In this document: positions 17,501 to 26,179 of the stretch, one piece after another
Position numbering within the stretch: the first letter of the stretch is position 1
Layout of the letters: each line of letters opens with the position of its first letter
Virus record (IMG/VR): IMGVR_UViG_3300020576_002361
Location: 1-64,000 of that record
DNA length: 64,000 bases
DNA from: a virus
Taxonomy: Duplodnaviria; Caudoviricetes
Direction: 5' to 3' (one strand)
Notes under the pieces: model-generated
What the model saw: only the letters and a program-made list of their open reading frames with translations
What the model was told of the DNA's origin: nothing
Databases searched by the model: none
Program-made: the position numbers and the translations under genes

Positions 17501-18015
17501 CTGAACATGTTCAGAAGCATAACAGCCGGAATATAACAACCAGTCATACCTCTGTGGTTGTAATATCTGGTGTGCATTTCAGCTTGCCAAGCTAATATTT
17601 TACCCAGATCCTGTTCTCTTGTTCCTGTTAGTTGATTAGTCCAATCAGCAACACTGGATTCACCAAAGGCGCCGGTTAATCCAGTCAATACATAGTTTCT
17701 AGCCACGTTACTGGAATAAGTATTCGTAGAATAGTTATTCATGGAAGCTTTATAGCTTTCCGACTGACGAGTAACTACTGCTTGGCAAATAGGAGATGTA
17801 TATTTGTGTATCTCATCAGAAAATACAGCAGCAGTTAATCCAGTAAAATACGAGTCTGGTCTCTGTCCATCTAAACCAATAGGAGTAGTATGAAAAGGAG
17901 ACGCCCAAGTATAAAATCTGGTGGCTACGTAAGCTGTTCCGCCTGGGTTATAAACTGGAATTTCTAGAGGATTGGTGATATCGGCTGTCGCAACAATGTT
18001 ATTGTTAGCTGGCAT
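14569..18015 (-). CDS. Large Thr/Gly/Ser-rich virion-type protein with two C-terminal PKD domains (1148 aa)
   Basis: SGESPLTVVFDSS...GSYNVRL and GYAPLTVTFTDVS...DFGDG...HAYESSGFY PKD signatures. Confidence 0.75.
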   Translation of the reverse strand: MPANNNIVATADITNPLEIPVYNPGGTAYVATRFYTWASPFHTTPIGLDGQRPDSYFTGLTAAVFSDEIHKYTSPICQAVVTRQSESYKASMNNYSTNTYSSNVARNYVLTGLTGAFGESSVADWTNQLTGTREQDLGKILAWQAEMHTRYYNHRGMTGCYIPAVMLLNMFRPYAEYTDTTPTTLAAGAITSGGPTASWLAVWHHPSDVLTMAGGTFAIGVTDASNISKSSIYCQAGLSGAMYGVNKIFESMKNELDRRIPYTPGLTYPQFINSDNEYFPTQVIGSQAVAEQTYVSTVTLGLTGVTAGSFTGYNIYTTPVWPFSPLTGNLDATRSYPLAIRKYTYSGGTTGSLQVVKLNTGTSSTWTGKTGYIGLTSSSGTYAITDASTAVNYTRNLGGVDVTYINISSPYLFVNIPSSYTGPLGAAVTGQTHDAGYWPQLINDPRASTYQFFDKITLKDLWGRTGPFNHSTTSGCNYSPNQYRPAQFIGAATPSNDPTNPGGITLDVANIRYTAHDPGQSSEDINPTFKNWLTSFHNAHTYWLMSKIYGEAKNYFPNIKILGEYDYMLGSKQYPCNRGKVPSLTYEIDLMSGYTGSSYTPNDAVSIFPPNLDGVSSLLGFNYFDSTSLNREAQQFFGLAAGNTPVEQTANRSGWVGSGFGPSGPTSSGLTGADGWFDKKTYRTFLEKCYQAGITGVSGGFNLTGTYSVNTGVAGYATPFGDSFLNQQDYTKARLYYSLKQIQQMSNNMAYFDEMSNRTLYICPWLTEPETAGYGSQTGNGYTLSSTTPTQNPWPREAIQVSTSYPLFQMLYQNGTARGATAIMHRPSEYDYFTFIRRSVWENGAGPFFVFDARGLIHKPQYTNYGVAGATGISGAIKLLLQKDIYTHVPVNTYQPELNFIGTPDSYGKNPVYAFFDSNIQSGESPLTVVFDSSDSWNPGGTATWYFHGTLTGPSGQGVTASYQYVGAGSYNVRLDIDNGYDTDTLTKTNYIVVSSEGVTGTANVEGDPLSGYAPLTVTFTDVSTIDPTDYATTYRSLVIDFGDGSTASMLSGQTIVSLTHAYESSGFYSISYSMVWNSGLTSSISKSNYITVYEVPSPTGSTSQERPGNTGDPGTNSLNYNFINNPKRVRDAKGKLVTNNGKLDIIR

Positions 18016-18062
18016 TATGAGTCCTTGAGGTTATAAATATTACTGTGGATATTTATCTCCAC

Positions 18063-18090
18063 TTGACTATAGATTTCTGCTGTATATAAT
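18063..18090 (+). promoter_or_regulatory. Promoter TTGACT-N16-TATAAT
   Basis: Upstream of tRNA-Trp. Confidence 0.75.
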
Positions 18091-18115
18091 ATATAGATAT
18101 CTGTATATAGATCGA

Positions 18116-18188
18116 TTACCGAAGTAGTGTCAACGGCAGCACGCTTGTCTCCAAAACAAGAGGAACGGGTTCAAATCCCCTCCGGTAA
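18116..18188 (+). tRNA. tRNA-Trp (CCA)
   Basis: CTTGT-CT CCA AA-ACAAG; TTCAAAT loop; some stem mismatches, ends approximate. Confidence 0.7.
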
Positions 18189-18273
18189 GTTAAAAACTCA
18201 GGTTAGCTAAACCTGCTAAAAAATGAGTATCTCTAGTTTTGACTTGGGAAACCAAGGAGTTCTAGAAGTTTAT

Positions 18274-18346
18274 GGTGGCTATAGTTCAAAGGCTAGAATA
18301 CTGGGTTGTGAGTCCGGGGGTACGGTTTCAAGATCCGTTAGCCACC
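18274..18346 (+). tRNA. tRNA-His (GTG)
   Basis: G-1:C73, loop TT GTG AG. Confidence 0.8.
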
Positions 18347-18349
18347 CTT

Positions 18350-18499
18350 ATGAGAAAAAGTACATGGAAACTGTCAGACGCAGAAATCAAGGTTTTAATA
18401 GAAGCCATCAACTCCATAGATTCAAATAAAATGGCTAAAGAAGATCTGGTACTTCTCTGTGCCCTAAAAGCTAGATTCGAAGCCAGTCTAAATAACTAA
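18350..18499 (+). CDS. Small hypothetical protein (49 aa)
   Basis: Start moved to ATG 18350 because the longer track ORF overlaps tRNA-His. Confidence 0.45.
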   Translation: MRKSTWKLSDAEIKVLIEAINSIDSNKMAKEDLVLLCALKARFEASLNN

Positions 18500-18503
18500 A
18501 GAT

Positions 18504-18574
18504 TCCCTGGTGGTGTAACGGTAGCACGCAAGGCTTTGGTCCTTGTTGTAGGGGTTCAAATCCCTTCCGGGGTG
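18504..18574 (+). tRNA. tRNA-Gln (TTG)
   Basis: CAAGG-CT TTG GT-CCTTG; weak 1:72 pair. Confidence 0.8.
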
Positions 18575-18588
18575 TTAGGAGGGTTATC

Positions 18589-19080
18589 ATGAATAGATTA
18601 GTACTTGTGTTGGCTTGTTTGGCCGCGGTTACATCTACTTCCTTGATATCTCAAAATAAGGTTAACCTTACTTACAACGTATCATCTTCACAAAAAGCTG
18701 GATGGTCAGAAGGAATCAGTGACTATGATGGTCAGGTTTTCTCTACTATCGTGGAACACAAATCTTTACATAGACCATCCATATCCATAAAATATTATTC
18801 TACTTTGGGTCAAGTACACACTTTCAATAGGTTTATCAATCTAAAGACAAAAAGCAAAACCATATCAAAAGAAAACATAGAATCTCCTTCCACAATCAGC
18901 AAAGGAGATTTGTTGGTTTTATCAAGTGGCAAAGTCTACGAAGTAGTAGGCACAACGGAACAAAATATAACATTAAACGAATCATTTGACTCCAAAAAAT
19001 ATTCTTCAGAAAACGAATCTTCTTACTTTATTTGTCTTCCTGTTTCAGCAAGAGATATCACGGTAAAGCTTTCGGAATAA
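18589..19080 (+). CDS. Hypothetical secreted protein (163 aa)
   Basis: SD AGGAGG; signal peptide-like N-terminus. Confidence 0.65.
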   Translation: MNRLVLVLACLAAVTSTSLISQNKVNLTYNVSSSQKAGWSEGISDYDGQVFSTIVEHKSLHRPSISIKYYSTLGQVHTFNRFINLKTKSKTISKENIESPSTISKGDLLVLSSGKVYEVVGTTEQNITLNESFDSKKYSSENESSYFICLPVSARDITVKLSE

Positions 19081-19097
19081 TATTATAGGAGAAGAAA

Positions 19098-19706
19098 GTG
19101 ATCTTACTAAGAACTTTAGGGAAGAAGACCGATAAGTTTCTAGAAATAAGTCAAGATATCCTACATGACAACAAAGGTAAGATTTTCATTACTCCCACGA
19201 AATCAGATTCTTACTTTGATTTCGACACCAATGTAATGGGAATATTTCCAGTAAGATATGGTAAAAAAGTATGGTTAGAAACATACATTCACGAATATTG
19301 TCATTTTCTACAGAAATACTATAGAACAAAAACATTTAAGAAATACATGGAAAGACGAACCAGTTGCTATGAAATAATAACAAGCTGGATTTTTCAGAGT
19401 AAAATACCGCCAGAAAAACAAATAAAAGAAGCATTTCATCTTACAAGAATGCTGGAGCATGAGTGCGAACAAATGTCAGCCAGCCTAGTAAGAGAATTTG
19501 ATCTACCGGTGGATACAAGAAGGTTACAAAAGAAGGGCAATGCCTATCTTATCTTCTATCACGCGGTAGAAAAGAACAGGAAATGGTCTACCAAAAAATC
19601 TATATACACCCAAGATATACTACAAAATATGCCAAATGTCATTCAAGATAAATACATAGAATGTGCACCGAAAACAAAATTAAAACTGCTAGAAAATTGT
19701 TTCTAA
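19098..19706 (+). CDS. Putative zincin-like metallopeptidase
   Basis: HEYCH (HExxH) motif with downstream E. Confidence 0.55.
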   Translation: MILLRTLGKKTDKFLEISQDILHDNKGKIFITPTKSDSYFDFDTNVMGIFPVRYGKKVWLETYIHEYCHFLQKYYRTKTFKKYMERRTSCYEIITSWIFQSKIPPEKQIKEAFHLTRMLEHECEQMSASLVREFDLPVDTRRLQKKGNAYLIFYHAVEKNRKWSTKKSIYTQDILQNMPNVIQDKYIECAPKTKLKLLENCF

Positions 19707-19715
19707 GGAAATCAA

Positions 19716-20144
19716 ATGCTAGATAACCCAGAAGACAACATCTTTGGAGGCGACGACGATTCCGAAGACCAAGAAAATTTTCAATCCCATTTCCTGAATG
19801 GTTGTAATGCCTTTGTTTTTATAGCTAGTCAAATCAAGGGAGATAATAGACCCTCGGATGAAATAGTGATGGCTATTATAAAGGAAATCATAGGCAACAG
19901 GAATACCAAAACTGTAAAATTCCAAGACATACTGGAACGCCTATATAATAGGATCGTGGAGTATTGTACGGACTCCTTGGACATCATATCAATCATGGAT
20001 GCGATGGAACAAGAAACCGACTATCAAGAGTACAAAGATAGCATTAGAGTTTATAGAAAAAGAAAGAAGATATCTTCAAAGAAAGTATCCACAAAAAAGA
20101 AAGTAAAAGTAAAAGCAAAAACTCCTAGGAAAGGAAAAAAATGA
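19716..20144 (+). CDS. Hypothetical protein (acidic N-terminus, Lys-rich C-terminus)
   Basis: ORF in operon. Confidence 0.6.
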   Translation: MLDNPEDNIFGGDDDSEDQENFQSHFLNGCNAFVFIASQIKGDNRPSDEIVMAIIKEIIGNRNTKTVKFQDILERLYNRIVEYCTDSLDIISIMDAMEQETDYQEYKDSIRVYRKRKKISSKKVSTKKKVKVKAKTPRKGKK

Positions 20145-20509
20145 GTACGGTGAATGTTATACGATTGAAGACTGGTGAAGATTTGATTGCGTTCGTGGAA
20201 AGCTCAGATATGAATAGCGGATCTATTACTATTAAGGATCCGTTTCACATCTTTATGCCCCAGCCAGGAAGAATAGCTATTCTTCCGTTTATTCCATTCT
20301 GTGATATTGGTGATGGCTTGAAGCTAGACGCCAGCGATATTATGTGGAAATGCCAAGCCGAGAAGGAAGTCGAAGCTCAGTATCGTAGTACGATTTCTCA
20401 GCAACGAAACGAAGCGGCTGGATTGGTTGTTCCACCAAAGGGGCTAGTGGTTCCTGGTGGAGTGAGCAACGCAGCAGGAAAGGCCAGTAGCTTAAAGCTT
20501 AGTACCTAA
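20141..20509 (+). CDS. Conserved T4-like Sm-like domain protein
   Basis: VIRLKTGEDLIA N-terminus; related to 56132-56572. Confidence 0.6.
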   Translation: MSTVNVIRLKTGEDLIAFVESSDMNSGSITIKDPFHIFMPQPGRIAILPFIPFCDIGDGLKLDASDIMWKCQAEKEVEAQYRSTISQQRNEAAGLVVPPKGLVVPGGVSNAAGKASSLKLST

Positions 20510-20528
20510 CTAAAATCAAAACAGAAAC

Positions 20529-20564
20529 AAAGAAGCCCCGATTGTTCGGGGCTTCTTTCATTTT
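20529..20564. terminator. Bidirectional rho-independent terminator between convergent genes
   Basis: AAAGAAGCCCCGA/TCGGGGCTTCTTT 13-bp stem flanked by A and T tracts. Confidence 0.9.
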
Positions 20565-21478
20565 TAAGATCTAGGTATTGTTGGTGCTATCTTTTTCTTG
20601 AGTTTATTTTCTCGGATCTCTAATACTTTCTTCTTTGTCTTTTCTGTTTGAATAGTATGAGCTATTCCGGGTTTTGCTCTATCACCAAATATCTCTATTT
20701 TCTTATCTATTGGAAGTTCTTGTTTTACAACTTCTAGAAGTTCTACGTTTTCTTCGGTTGCTTGTTCAAGGTCGTTCTTCTTCTTGTTTTCTACTATTGT
20801 AGTATATACTAGGTACACCAGTGTTCCGATAATCGACACTCCAAGGACAATGGCTCCTATTAGAGCCAAGTATTTCAGATAGAAAGTAGCCCCCGCAGCT
20901 AAGCACAAAGCAACGACTCCCATAGAGGCAATCGTTATACCAACCTTCTTGCTATAAAAGAAGGATAGTGCTACACCGACTAGAACAACAACAGTGCCTA
21001 TAAAGAATATGATTCCCAAATAGGAATACAGTTTCTTGACAGCATCTTGCTTTATCTTATCATTTTCTTCTTGTAATGATTTGATTGTATTTTCTAGTTT
21101 CTGAACGCTGTTATTGGCCGCAGTTAACTTATCTGCTGATTTGATTATTTCTTTGGCTTTGTTATCTATATTATCCAGATTTTGATGGATCTTATCGGCT
21201 TCGGTTTTTACTATACTTACAGATTTCTTTATGGTATCAGGTATATCATTTCTGGTAGATATTTCTAGGTCAGCTTGATACGATTCCTTTTTTATGATAT
21301 CTGCGCTGGTTTTTGCTTCTGCTACGCTCTGTTGGGAGGACTTTGCTGTTTCTAGTATATTCTCTTTGATATCACTGATCTTCTCGCCGGTATAGGTAGG
21401 GACATCGTCGTTGCCTCTCCTTTGTTGAGACCCGCAACCAACTAAAAACATTATAAAGAATAGATAAAAGTACTTCAT
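20564..21478 (-). CDS. Lipoprotein with coiled coil and about 3 C-terminal TM helices (304 aa)
   Basis: Lipobox LVGC (Cys15), heptad-like region, hydrophobic segments at about aa 152-225. Confidence 0.7.
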   Translation of the reverse strand: MKYFYLFFIMFLVGCGSQQRRGNDDVPTYTGEKISDIKENILETAKSSQQSVAEAKTSADIIKKESYQADLEISTRNDIPDTIKKSVSIVKTEADKIHQNLDNIDNKAKEIIKSADKLTAANNSVQKLENTIKSLQEENDKIKQDAVKKLYSYLGIIFFIGTVVVLVGVALSFFYSKKVGITIASMGVVALCLAAGATFYLKYLALIGAIVLGVSIIGTLVYLVYTTIVENKKKNDLEQATEENVELLEVVKQELPIDKKIEIFGDRAKPGIAHTIQTEKTKKKVLEIRENKLKKKIAPTIPRS

Positions 21479-21479
21479 C

Positions 21480-22061
21480 TTATCTCCTATAGAGTCTCTT
21501 TTTCCCGGCTTTCTTTCTCAGATCGAGGTATGACTTGATAGGAGGCTGTTCTCCTGGAGAAGTACCTGCTATCTTTCCACCGCCCACATTATTTACCGGA
21601 GCTTCTTCTTTTACGTCTTCTTTTTCTTTGTCGTCTTCCTTCTTTTTACGACCACGGTGGCGACCTTCTATCTTAGCAATCATATCGTAATATCTAGGAT
21701 TCTCGTATACATGGTCCTTAGCTATTTCTCTAGCCACAGCAGCATTTGTAGTGTGCTCTTTTTCTATACGGGTACCTCTGCGAATAGCAGCTTCGGCCGC
21801 AGCAGCGGATATACCATGCTTTCTTGCGATGTCAGAGACAGTCTTTCCTTCAGCCTTACCACCAGGAATAAGACCTCTGCGTCCTCTTCTTCTTTTCTTG
21901 GAATACAGCAAAGATTCTCCCACAGCATGTAAGCGAACCTTAGGAGTTTTACTAGTGTTAATATCGTCAATAGCCTTTCTATATCGTTCACTGTCACTAA
22001 GCTTCTTGGTAGTTGCTTGGCGTATTCTAAGTTTGTCTCTTAATTTTTTCCACTTTGACAT
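21480..22061 (-). CDS. Basic protein with EHT...AREIAKDHVYENPRYY domain (DUF5661-like)
   Basis: Motif recognition; K/R-rich flanks. Confidence 0.55.
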   Translation of the reverse strand: MSKWKKLRDKLRIRQATTKKLSDSERYRKAIDDINTSKTPKVRLHAVGESLLYSKKRRRGRRGLIPGGKAEGKTVSDIARKHGISAAAAEAAIRRGTRIEKEHTTNAAVAREIAKDHVYENPRYYDMIAKIEGRHRGRKKKEDDKEKEDVKEEAPVNNVGGGKIAGTSPGEQPPIKSYLDLRKKAGKKRLYRR

Positions 22062-22068
22062 GGTTTCC

Positions 22069-22443
22069 TCACAAGTTTCTTAGTTTATTTACAATAAAGT
22101 CATCCATATTTATGTGTATGAATGACTTATTATCTGGCTTTATATAGTTCAAGTATACCAGGAAAGATTTGATAACTGGTAGTAGGTTCTTCTCTAACTT
22201 GAATAGTAAGATTTTTGTAGCGGGCTCAATATCAAATACATTGTATAGAGTGATTATATGATTTATTATAAGCCTCTCTCGTAACTCTCCTCCGTTCAAG
22301 TATTTCTTGACAAGCCGTTTAATATAGACTATACGAAGCAAATCTTCATTAAACTCGTCTATACTCTTACATTGAGGATTATTATAGTGGCTTACAGCAT
22401 AAATGACAAAATTATCATCGTTTAGTTCTTTGAAGTCCATCAA
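22069..22443 (-). CDS. Conserved hypothetical protein of T4-like phages
   Basis: LNDDNFVIYA..HYNNPQC...FNEDL.RI.YIKRL...ERLIINH pattern. Confidence 0.75.
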   Translation of the reverse strand: MMDFKELNDDNFVIYAVSHYNNPQCKSIDEFNEDLLRIVYIKRLVKKYLNGGELRERLIINHIITLYNVFDIEPATKILLFKLEKNLLPVIKSFLVYLNYIKPDNKSFIHINMDDFIVNKLRNL

Positions 22444-22979
22444 TCAACCATTATTACCTGAGCAGTAGGATATACTAGGGATCCACCAGACGAGTAAGTT
22501 ATTCGTAGCTTGAGATGCTTTCCGAGTCTATGGTAAATACCATCGTCTTTACCAATGGTACCCGTATTGTTCAGGACACCTATTCTACCACCCATATAAG
22601 AAAGAGGAAACTCTTCTGGATTTATTTCTATGGTGTAAGAAGGAGTACCGGGATATGTATTAGTAGGATATGCATTAGTAGCAACTTGAGGCTTCTTTAC
22701 AACGTATGGTCTCTTTTTAGGAAACTGAAAATACAGACCTATAATCGATAACTTCCGTTGAATATAACCTAGAATATAATTAGGATCTATACATGGTTTG
22801 TAGTTTAACGAAGCAAGGTAAGCATTAATCTTAGCAATAGATTCTGGTTGGACTACATCGAAAACACTAGAATCAGTGCCATCTATGGCATGATCCACTG
22901 GATGTAAGCCGGGCCCTGACGTATAGGGCCCGACTCCTTCGTGTTCCGATAAAGATCTAATATCAGAAAACTTCTTCAT
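22440..22979 (-). CDS. Hypothetical protein (179 aa)
   Basis: ORF in structural-type operon. Confidence 0.65.
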   Translation of the reverse strand: MKKFSDIRSLSEHEGVGPYTSGPGLHPVDHAIDGTDSSVFDVVQPESIAKINAYLASLNYKPCIDPNYILGYIQRKLSIIGLYFQFPKKRPYVVKKPQVATNAYPTNTYPGTPSYTIEINPEEFPLSYMGGRIGVLNNTGTIGKDDGIYHRLGKHLKLRITYSSGGSLVYPTAQVIMVD

Positions 22980-22993
22980 GTTGAATATCTTCC

Positions 22994-23719
22994 TTATACT
23001 ACGCGAATAGTAAACGATGCGCTTCCTGTCAATCCACCCGGAGAACGGCTATCAAATACTGATGCAGTAAGACCGTGAGTGCCAGTAGTTAGTCCGGCGT
23101 TAATACGAAGAACGGCTGCTCCGTAAGTCACACCACCCCAACCACCGAATGGGAAAGCCGCAGTAGTTACGCCAGCAGCCTGATAGAAGCTACTTCCTAT
23201 AGCAGCCGTAGTGCCAGCGGTGATAGCTGTTATTAAGAGCGTGTTATTCCATACAGAAGTTGCACCAGTTGTGCTGAAGGCAAATGAAGTACCGAATTCC
23301 GTGCTGTTACAATCAGCCGCAATAACAGGAATATATGCTGTTACACCAAAGCTAACTCTATACTGATCTCCACCAAACGGAATAGTTAGGTAAGGTGCAT
23401 AGTTTGGGTTTCCTGCTGCGTTAGTAGCAGTCGCTCCTGGTACACCTTGGGTTTGACCTCTGTTAGCAAAGTAAGTTTGCGTAACACCGGTTGGAGATGG
23501 ATCCAGAGGAATAGCAACTAAAAGCTCTGTAGGAACTACAGCAACGCCGCTACTGGTCACGTATGATTGATTAAAAGGATTAGCAGTAGTTCCAGTAACA
23601 CCGGCACCTACTAGCGGAATCTCCCAACCTCTGACAGTACGGAAACATACTCTCTTCTGTTCCTCGGTGAGCCATGATGGTTTTGAGCTTTCTCTATCGT
23701 TTGAGTTCCAAAGTGCCAT
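22994..23719 (-). CDS. Putative virion (head decoration-type) protein, Thr/Gly/Ala-rich
   Basis: MALWNSNDRESSKPSWL...RGWE N-terminus resembles T4-like virion proteins. Confidence 0.55.
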   Translation of the reverse strand: MALWNSNDRESSKPSWLTEEQKRVCFRTVRGWEIPLVGAGVTGTTANPFNQSYVTSSGVAVVPTELLVAIPLDPSPTGVTQTYFANRGQTQGVPGATATNAAGNPNYAPYLTIPFGGDQYRVSFGVTAYIPVIAADCNSTEFGTSFAFSTTGATSVWNNTLLITAITAGTTAAIGSSFYQAAGVTTAAFPFGGWGGVTYGAAVLRINAGLTTGTHGLTASVFDSRSPGGLTGSASFTIRVV

Positions 23720-25147
23720 TTACTTCTTCTCCTGTTTTGTATTCTTCTTAATCTTGGCTAACAACTCGGCTTGAGATAGTACTTTAGCGTTGCCTACTCT
23801 ATCGGCATTTCTGGCAGCAATAGCAGCTAATCTTTCAGCAGCCGACTTCTGCTCTCCGGATGACATTATCTGCGCTTTGCCTGGGGTATTAGAAACCGAA
23901 GATTCGCCTAATCCTCCAGGATTTCCCCCGCGTCTCCGTCTTTTCTTTGCCGCTGGTGCAGTAGTCGGTGTAGACGGTGGAGTGACAGTAGAAACTGCTT
24001 TCTTATTTTTAATTTTACCGAGAGGCGTGTTCTTGCTAGGTCGAGCGTTCTTTCTGCCCTTTACGGCATCTACCTTATTGGCATAACGACCCTGCTTAGT
24101 GAGGAAGTTGACTCCCTTACCAACAGCATACTTGACAGCGTGCTTAATTTTCTTACCAACGCTTTTGATACCGTTCCAGCTCTTCTTGATAAAGTTAGAG
24201 GTACCAGACTTAGCAGAAGCATAAGCTTGCTTGGTCTTGTCTCGGCCTCTACGAGCTGCGTTTGTAGCAGCGTTAGTAGCACCCTTGCGTACAGAGTCAA
24301 CATACGACTTGGCTGCTGCCAATCCAGCTCCAGCAGCTCTAACAGGCGCGCCAGCCGCCTTCTTCATACCGGCGTACTTTCTAGCAGCCTTCAAAGCAAA
24401 CGCACCAATCTTTCTTACTGTATTGCGCCCCTTGTATCTGGCGCCCATTTCAGAGTGGGCTTTGCTCTTCTTATAAGCAGCAGAAGCAGCTGCCTTAGCA
24501 TCGCTACCAATACCTTCTTCTAATATCTCATTGCTTTCACAGACATACTCATAGGCATCAATAACGCTTTCTAGTTCTTCTTCTGTTAATGACTCAACTA
24601 CTTCGTCCAGGGTTTCTTCATCTAGATGAGAAATATCTTCTGCTATACTGTCTAAGGTGAAGTCGTAGTCGTCAAGGACTGTAGCCATTAGCTCTAGTTG
24701 ATTTTCTTCACTCAACGATTCAGCCAAAGTATCGAACTCAAAATCAGAAATAGACTCTAACAAAGGAAGAATCTCTTCGTAAGAAGACTTGATTGGCTTC
24801 GGTCTGATGGCAGTTCTAGCTTCTTTCTTAGATTCTGTAATAAACTCTTTGGAAGCTGTCTCTGGAGACCCTTCAGTTGGGCGAGCATAGGCGGCCTTAC
24901 GCATAACCTCATTCTCAAAGGCTATACGAACATTCTCGCCATAGCCAGTATCGTGTTCATTAAACACATCTCTGATGAACTCTTTGCGATCTTCTTGAAC
25001 AAGAATCTTTACTACTTCCTGAGCAGTAAGCTGCGCTAGGTTCATTAGATCTTCCGAAAGAGATACGTTATTCGTTGAAGACGCGCTCTTCAGGAAATCT
25101 GTGATAGCGTCGATTTGTTCTTTATTTGATCCGTGGCTGGAAAGCAT
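23720..25147 (-). CDS. Hypothetical protein with acidic core and very basic C-half (475 aa), possible internal head protein
   Basis: Composition; late promoter upstream. Confidence 0.6.
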   Translation of the reverse strand: MLSSHGSNKEQIDAITDFLKSASSTNNVSLSEDLMNLAQLTAQEVVKILVQEDRKEFIRDVFNEHDTGYGENVRIAFENEVMRKAAYARPTEGSPETASKEFITESKKEARTAIRPKPIKSSYEEILPLLESISDFEFDTLAESLSEENQLELMATVLDDYDFTLDSIAEDISHLDEETLDEVVESLTEEELESVIDAYEYVCESNEILEEGIGSDAKAAASAAYKKSKAHSEMGARYKGRNTVRKIGAFALKAARKYAGMKKAAGAPVRAAGAGLAAAKSYVDSVRKGATNAATNAARRGRDKTKQAYASAKSGTSNFIKKSWNGIKSVGKKIKHAVKYAVGKGVNFLTKQGRYANKVDAVKGRKNARPSKNTPLGKIKNKKAVSTVTPPSTPTTAPAAKKRRRRGGNPGGLGESSVSNTPGKAQIMSSGEQKSAAERLAAIAARNADRVGNAKVLSQAELLAKIKKNTKQEKK

Positions 25148-25174
25148 AGTGTTCCTTTTTATTGATTATAGAAG

Positions 25175-25182
25175 TATTTATA
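25175..25182 (-). promoter_or_regulatory. Late promoter TATAAATA
   Basis: Exact consensus upstream of ATG 25147. Confidence 0.7.
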
Positions 25183-25189
25183 AAAATCC

Positions 25190-26179
25190 TTATTTAGATT
25201 TTTTACTACCGGAGTGCTTGATTTTCATGGTATCTTCTCTCTTATTCTTCTTGGATCTATAGATACCATCTTTACCGCGTGTCCACTTGGATCTTGGAAG
25301 TTCAGTTTTTCCTCTGCCAAGCCACTTTCCGTGAATCTTTCTGGATACCGAGAAATAAACTCGTCTCCAGTCTTCTCCGTAGTCTTTCTTGAATCTAGCT
25401 AATACATCGCCCTTAGCATTGAATCTTCTAGCTGGTCCACCATATGGTCCGGGATACTTATCATCCGGGGCTACTTCCGAGCCACGCTTATACTCTGGCT
25501 TCTCGTAATCTGGATCATCCTTATAGGACTTTCTCTTTTTCTTTGGTTTAGCTTTATCTGATTTCTTGGCTGGAGCCTTCTTCTTAGAGGCTTTCTTTTC
25601 TTTCTTTGCTTCAGAAAGATCCAATAGATAAAACTCAAACTCTTCATTTATATCAGTAGGTGCGTTATCTGTGTAATCCTGATAAGCACAGTCTTTTTCG
25701 TGTTGAATATACTCTTCCAGAATAGGAAAGAATATGGTTGACATGGATTCATGATTTTCTGGATTTTGCTCTGCTTCTTCCCGAAGAGCTATGAGGTTTA
25801 CGTAGTTCTTCTTGCTATTATCGGTCAAAGTCGAGTTAAGGTACTCGCATATTTGCGATACTAATGGATCCATTTTTTTCCTCTTTCCTACTAAAAATTT
25901 GAGAAACCCGAAGTTATTTTCTGGATTTTGTTCTAAAAATAAAGCTTCCCCCAATATATGTATATACTGGAGGAAGTTAGAAGAAGCCTTAAAGTATTCG
26001 GATTTCTTATGTTCGTTTACTGTATTTATGTACTTTAGATAGCATTTGGTGTATAGTTCCTTGGCTATGTTAGCTTTCGTTTCGACGGTCAATAACAACG
26101 AATTCAGTTTTTCTATAGATTCTATAGAAGACTTTTCATCCTTATAACGAAAGTCTGATATATTGACTTTATCTGTCAT
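25190..26179 (-). CDS. Hypothetical protein with Lys-rich C-terminus (329 aa)
   Basis: Long ORF. Confidence 0.65.
   Translation of the reverse strand: MTDKVNISDFRYKDEKSSIESIEKLNSLLLTVETKANIAKELYTKCYLKYINTVNEHKKSEYFKASSNFLQYIHILGEALFLEQNPENNFGFLKFLVGKRKKMDPLVSQICEYLNSTLTDNSKKNYVNLIALREEAEQNPENHESMSTIFFPILEEYIQHEKDCAYQDYTDNAPTDINEEFEFYLLDLSEAKKEKKASKKKAPAKKSDKAKPKKKRKSYKDDPDYEKPEYKRGSEVAPDDKYPGPYGGPARRFNAKGDVLARFKKDYGEDWRRVYFSVSRKIHGKWLGRGKTELPRSKWTRGKDGIYRSKKNKREDTMKIKHSGSKKSK

Noticed and set aside
18223-18499. Track ORFs 18223-18429 and 18272-18499
   Set aside because: They overlap tRNA-His; only the 18350-18499 portion is plausible.
23790-24523. Several antisense track ORFs over the 475-aa gene, and similar shadows elsewhere
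   Set aside because: Shadow frames of GC-richer coding DNA with no SD or motifs.
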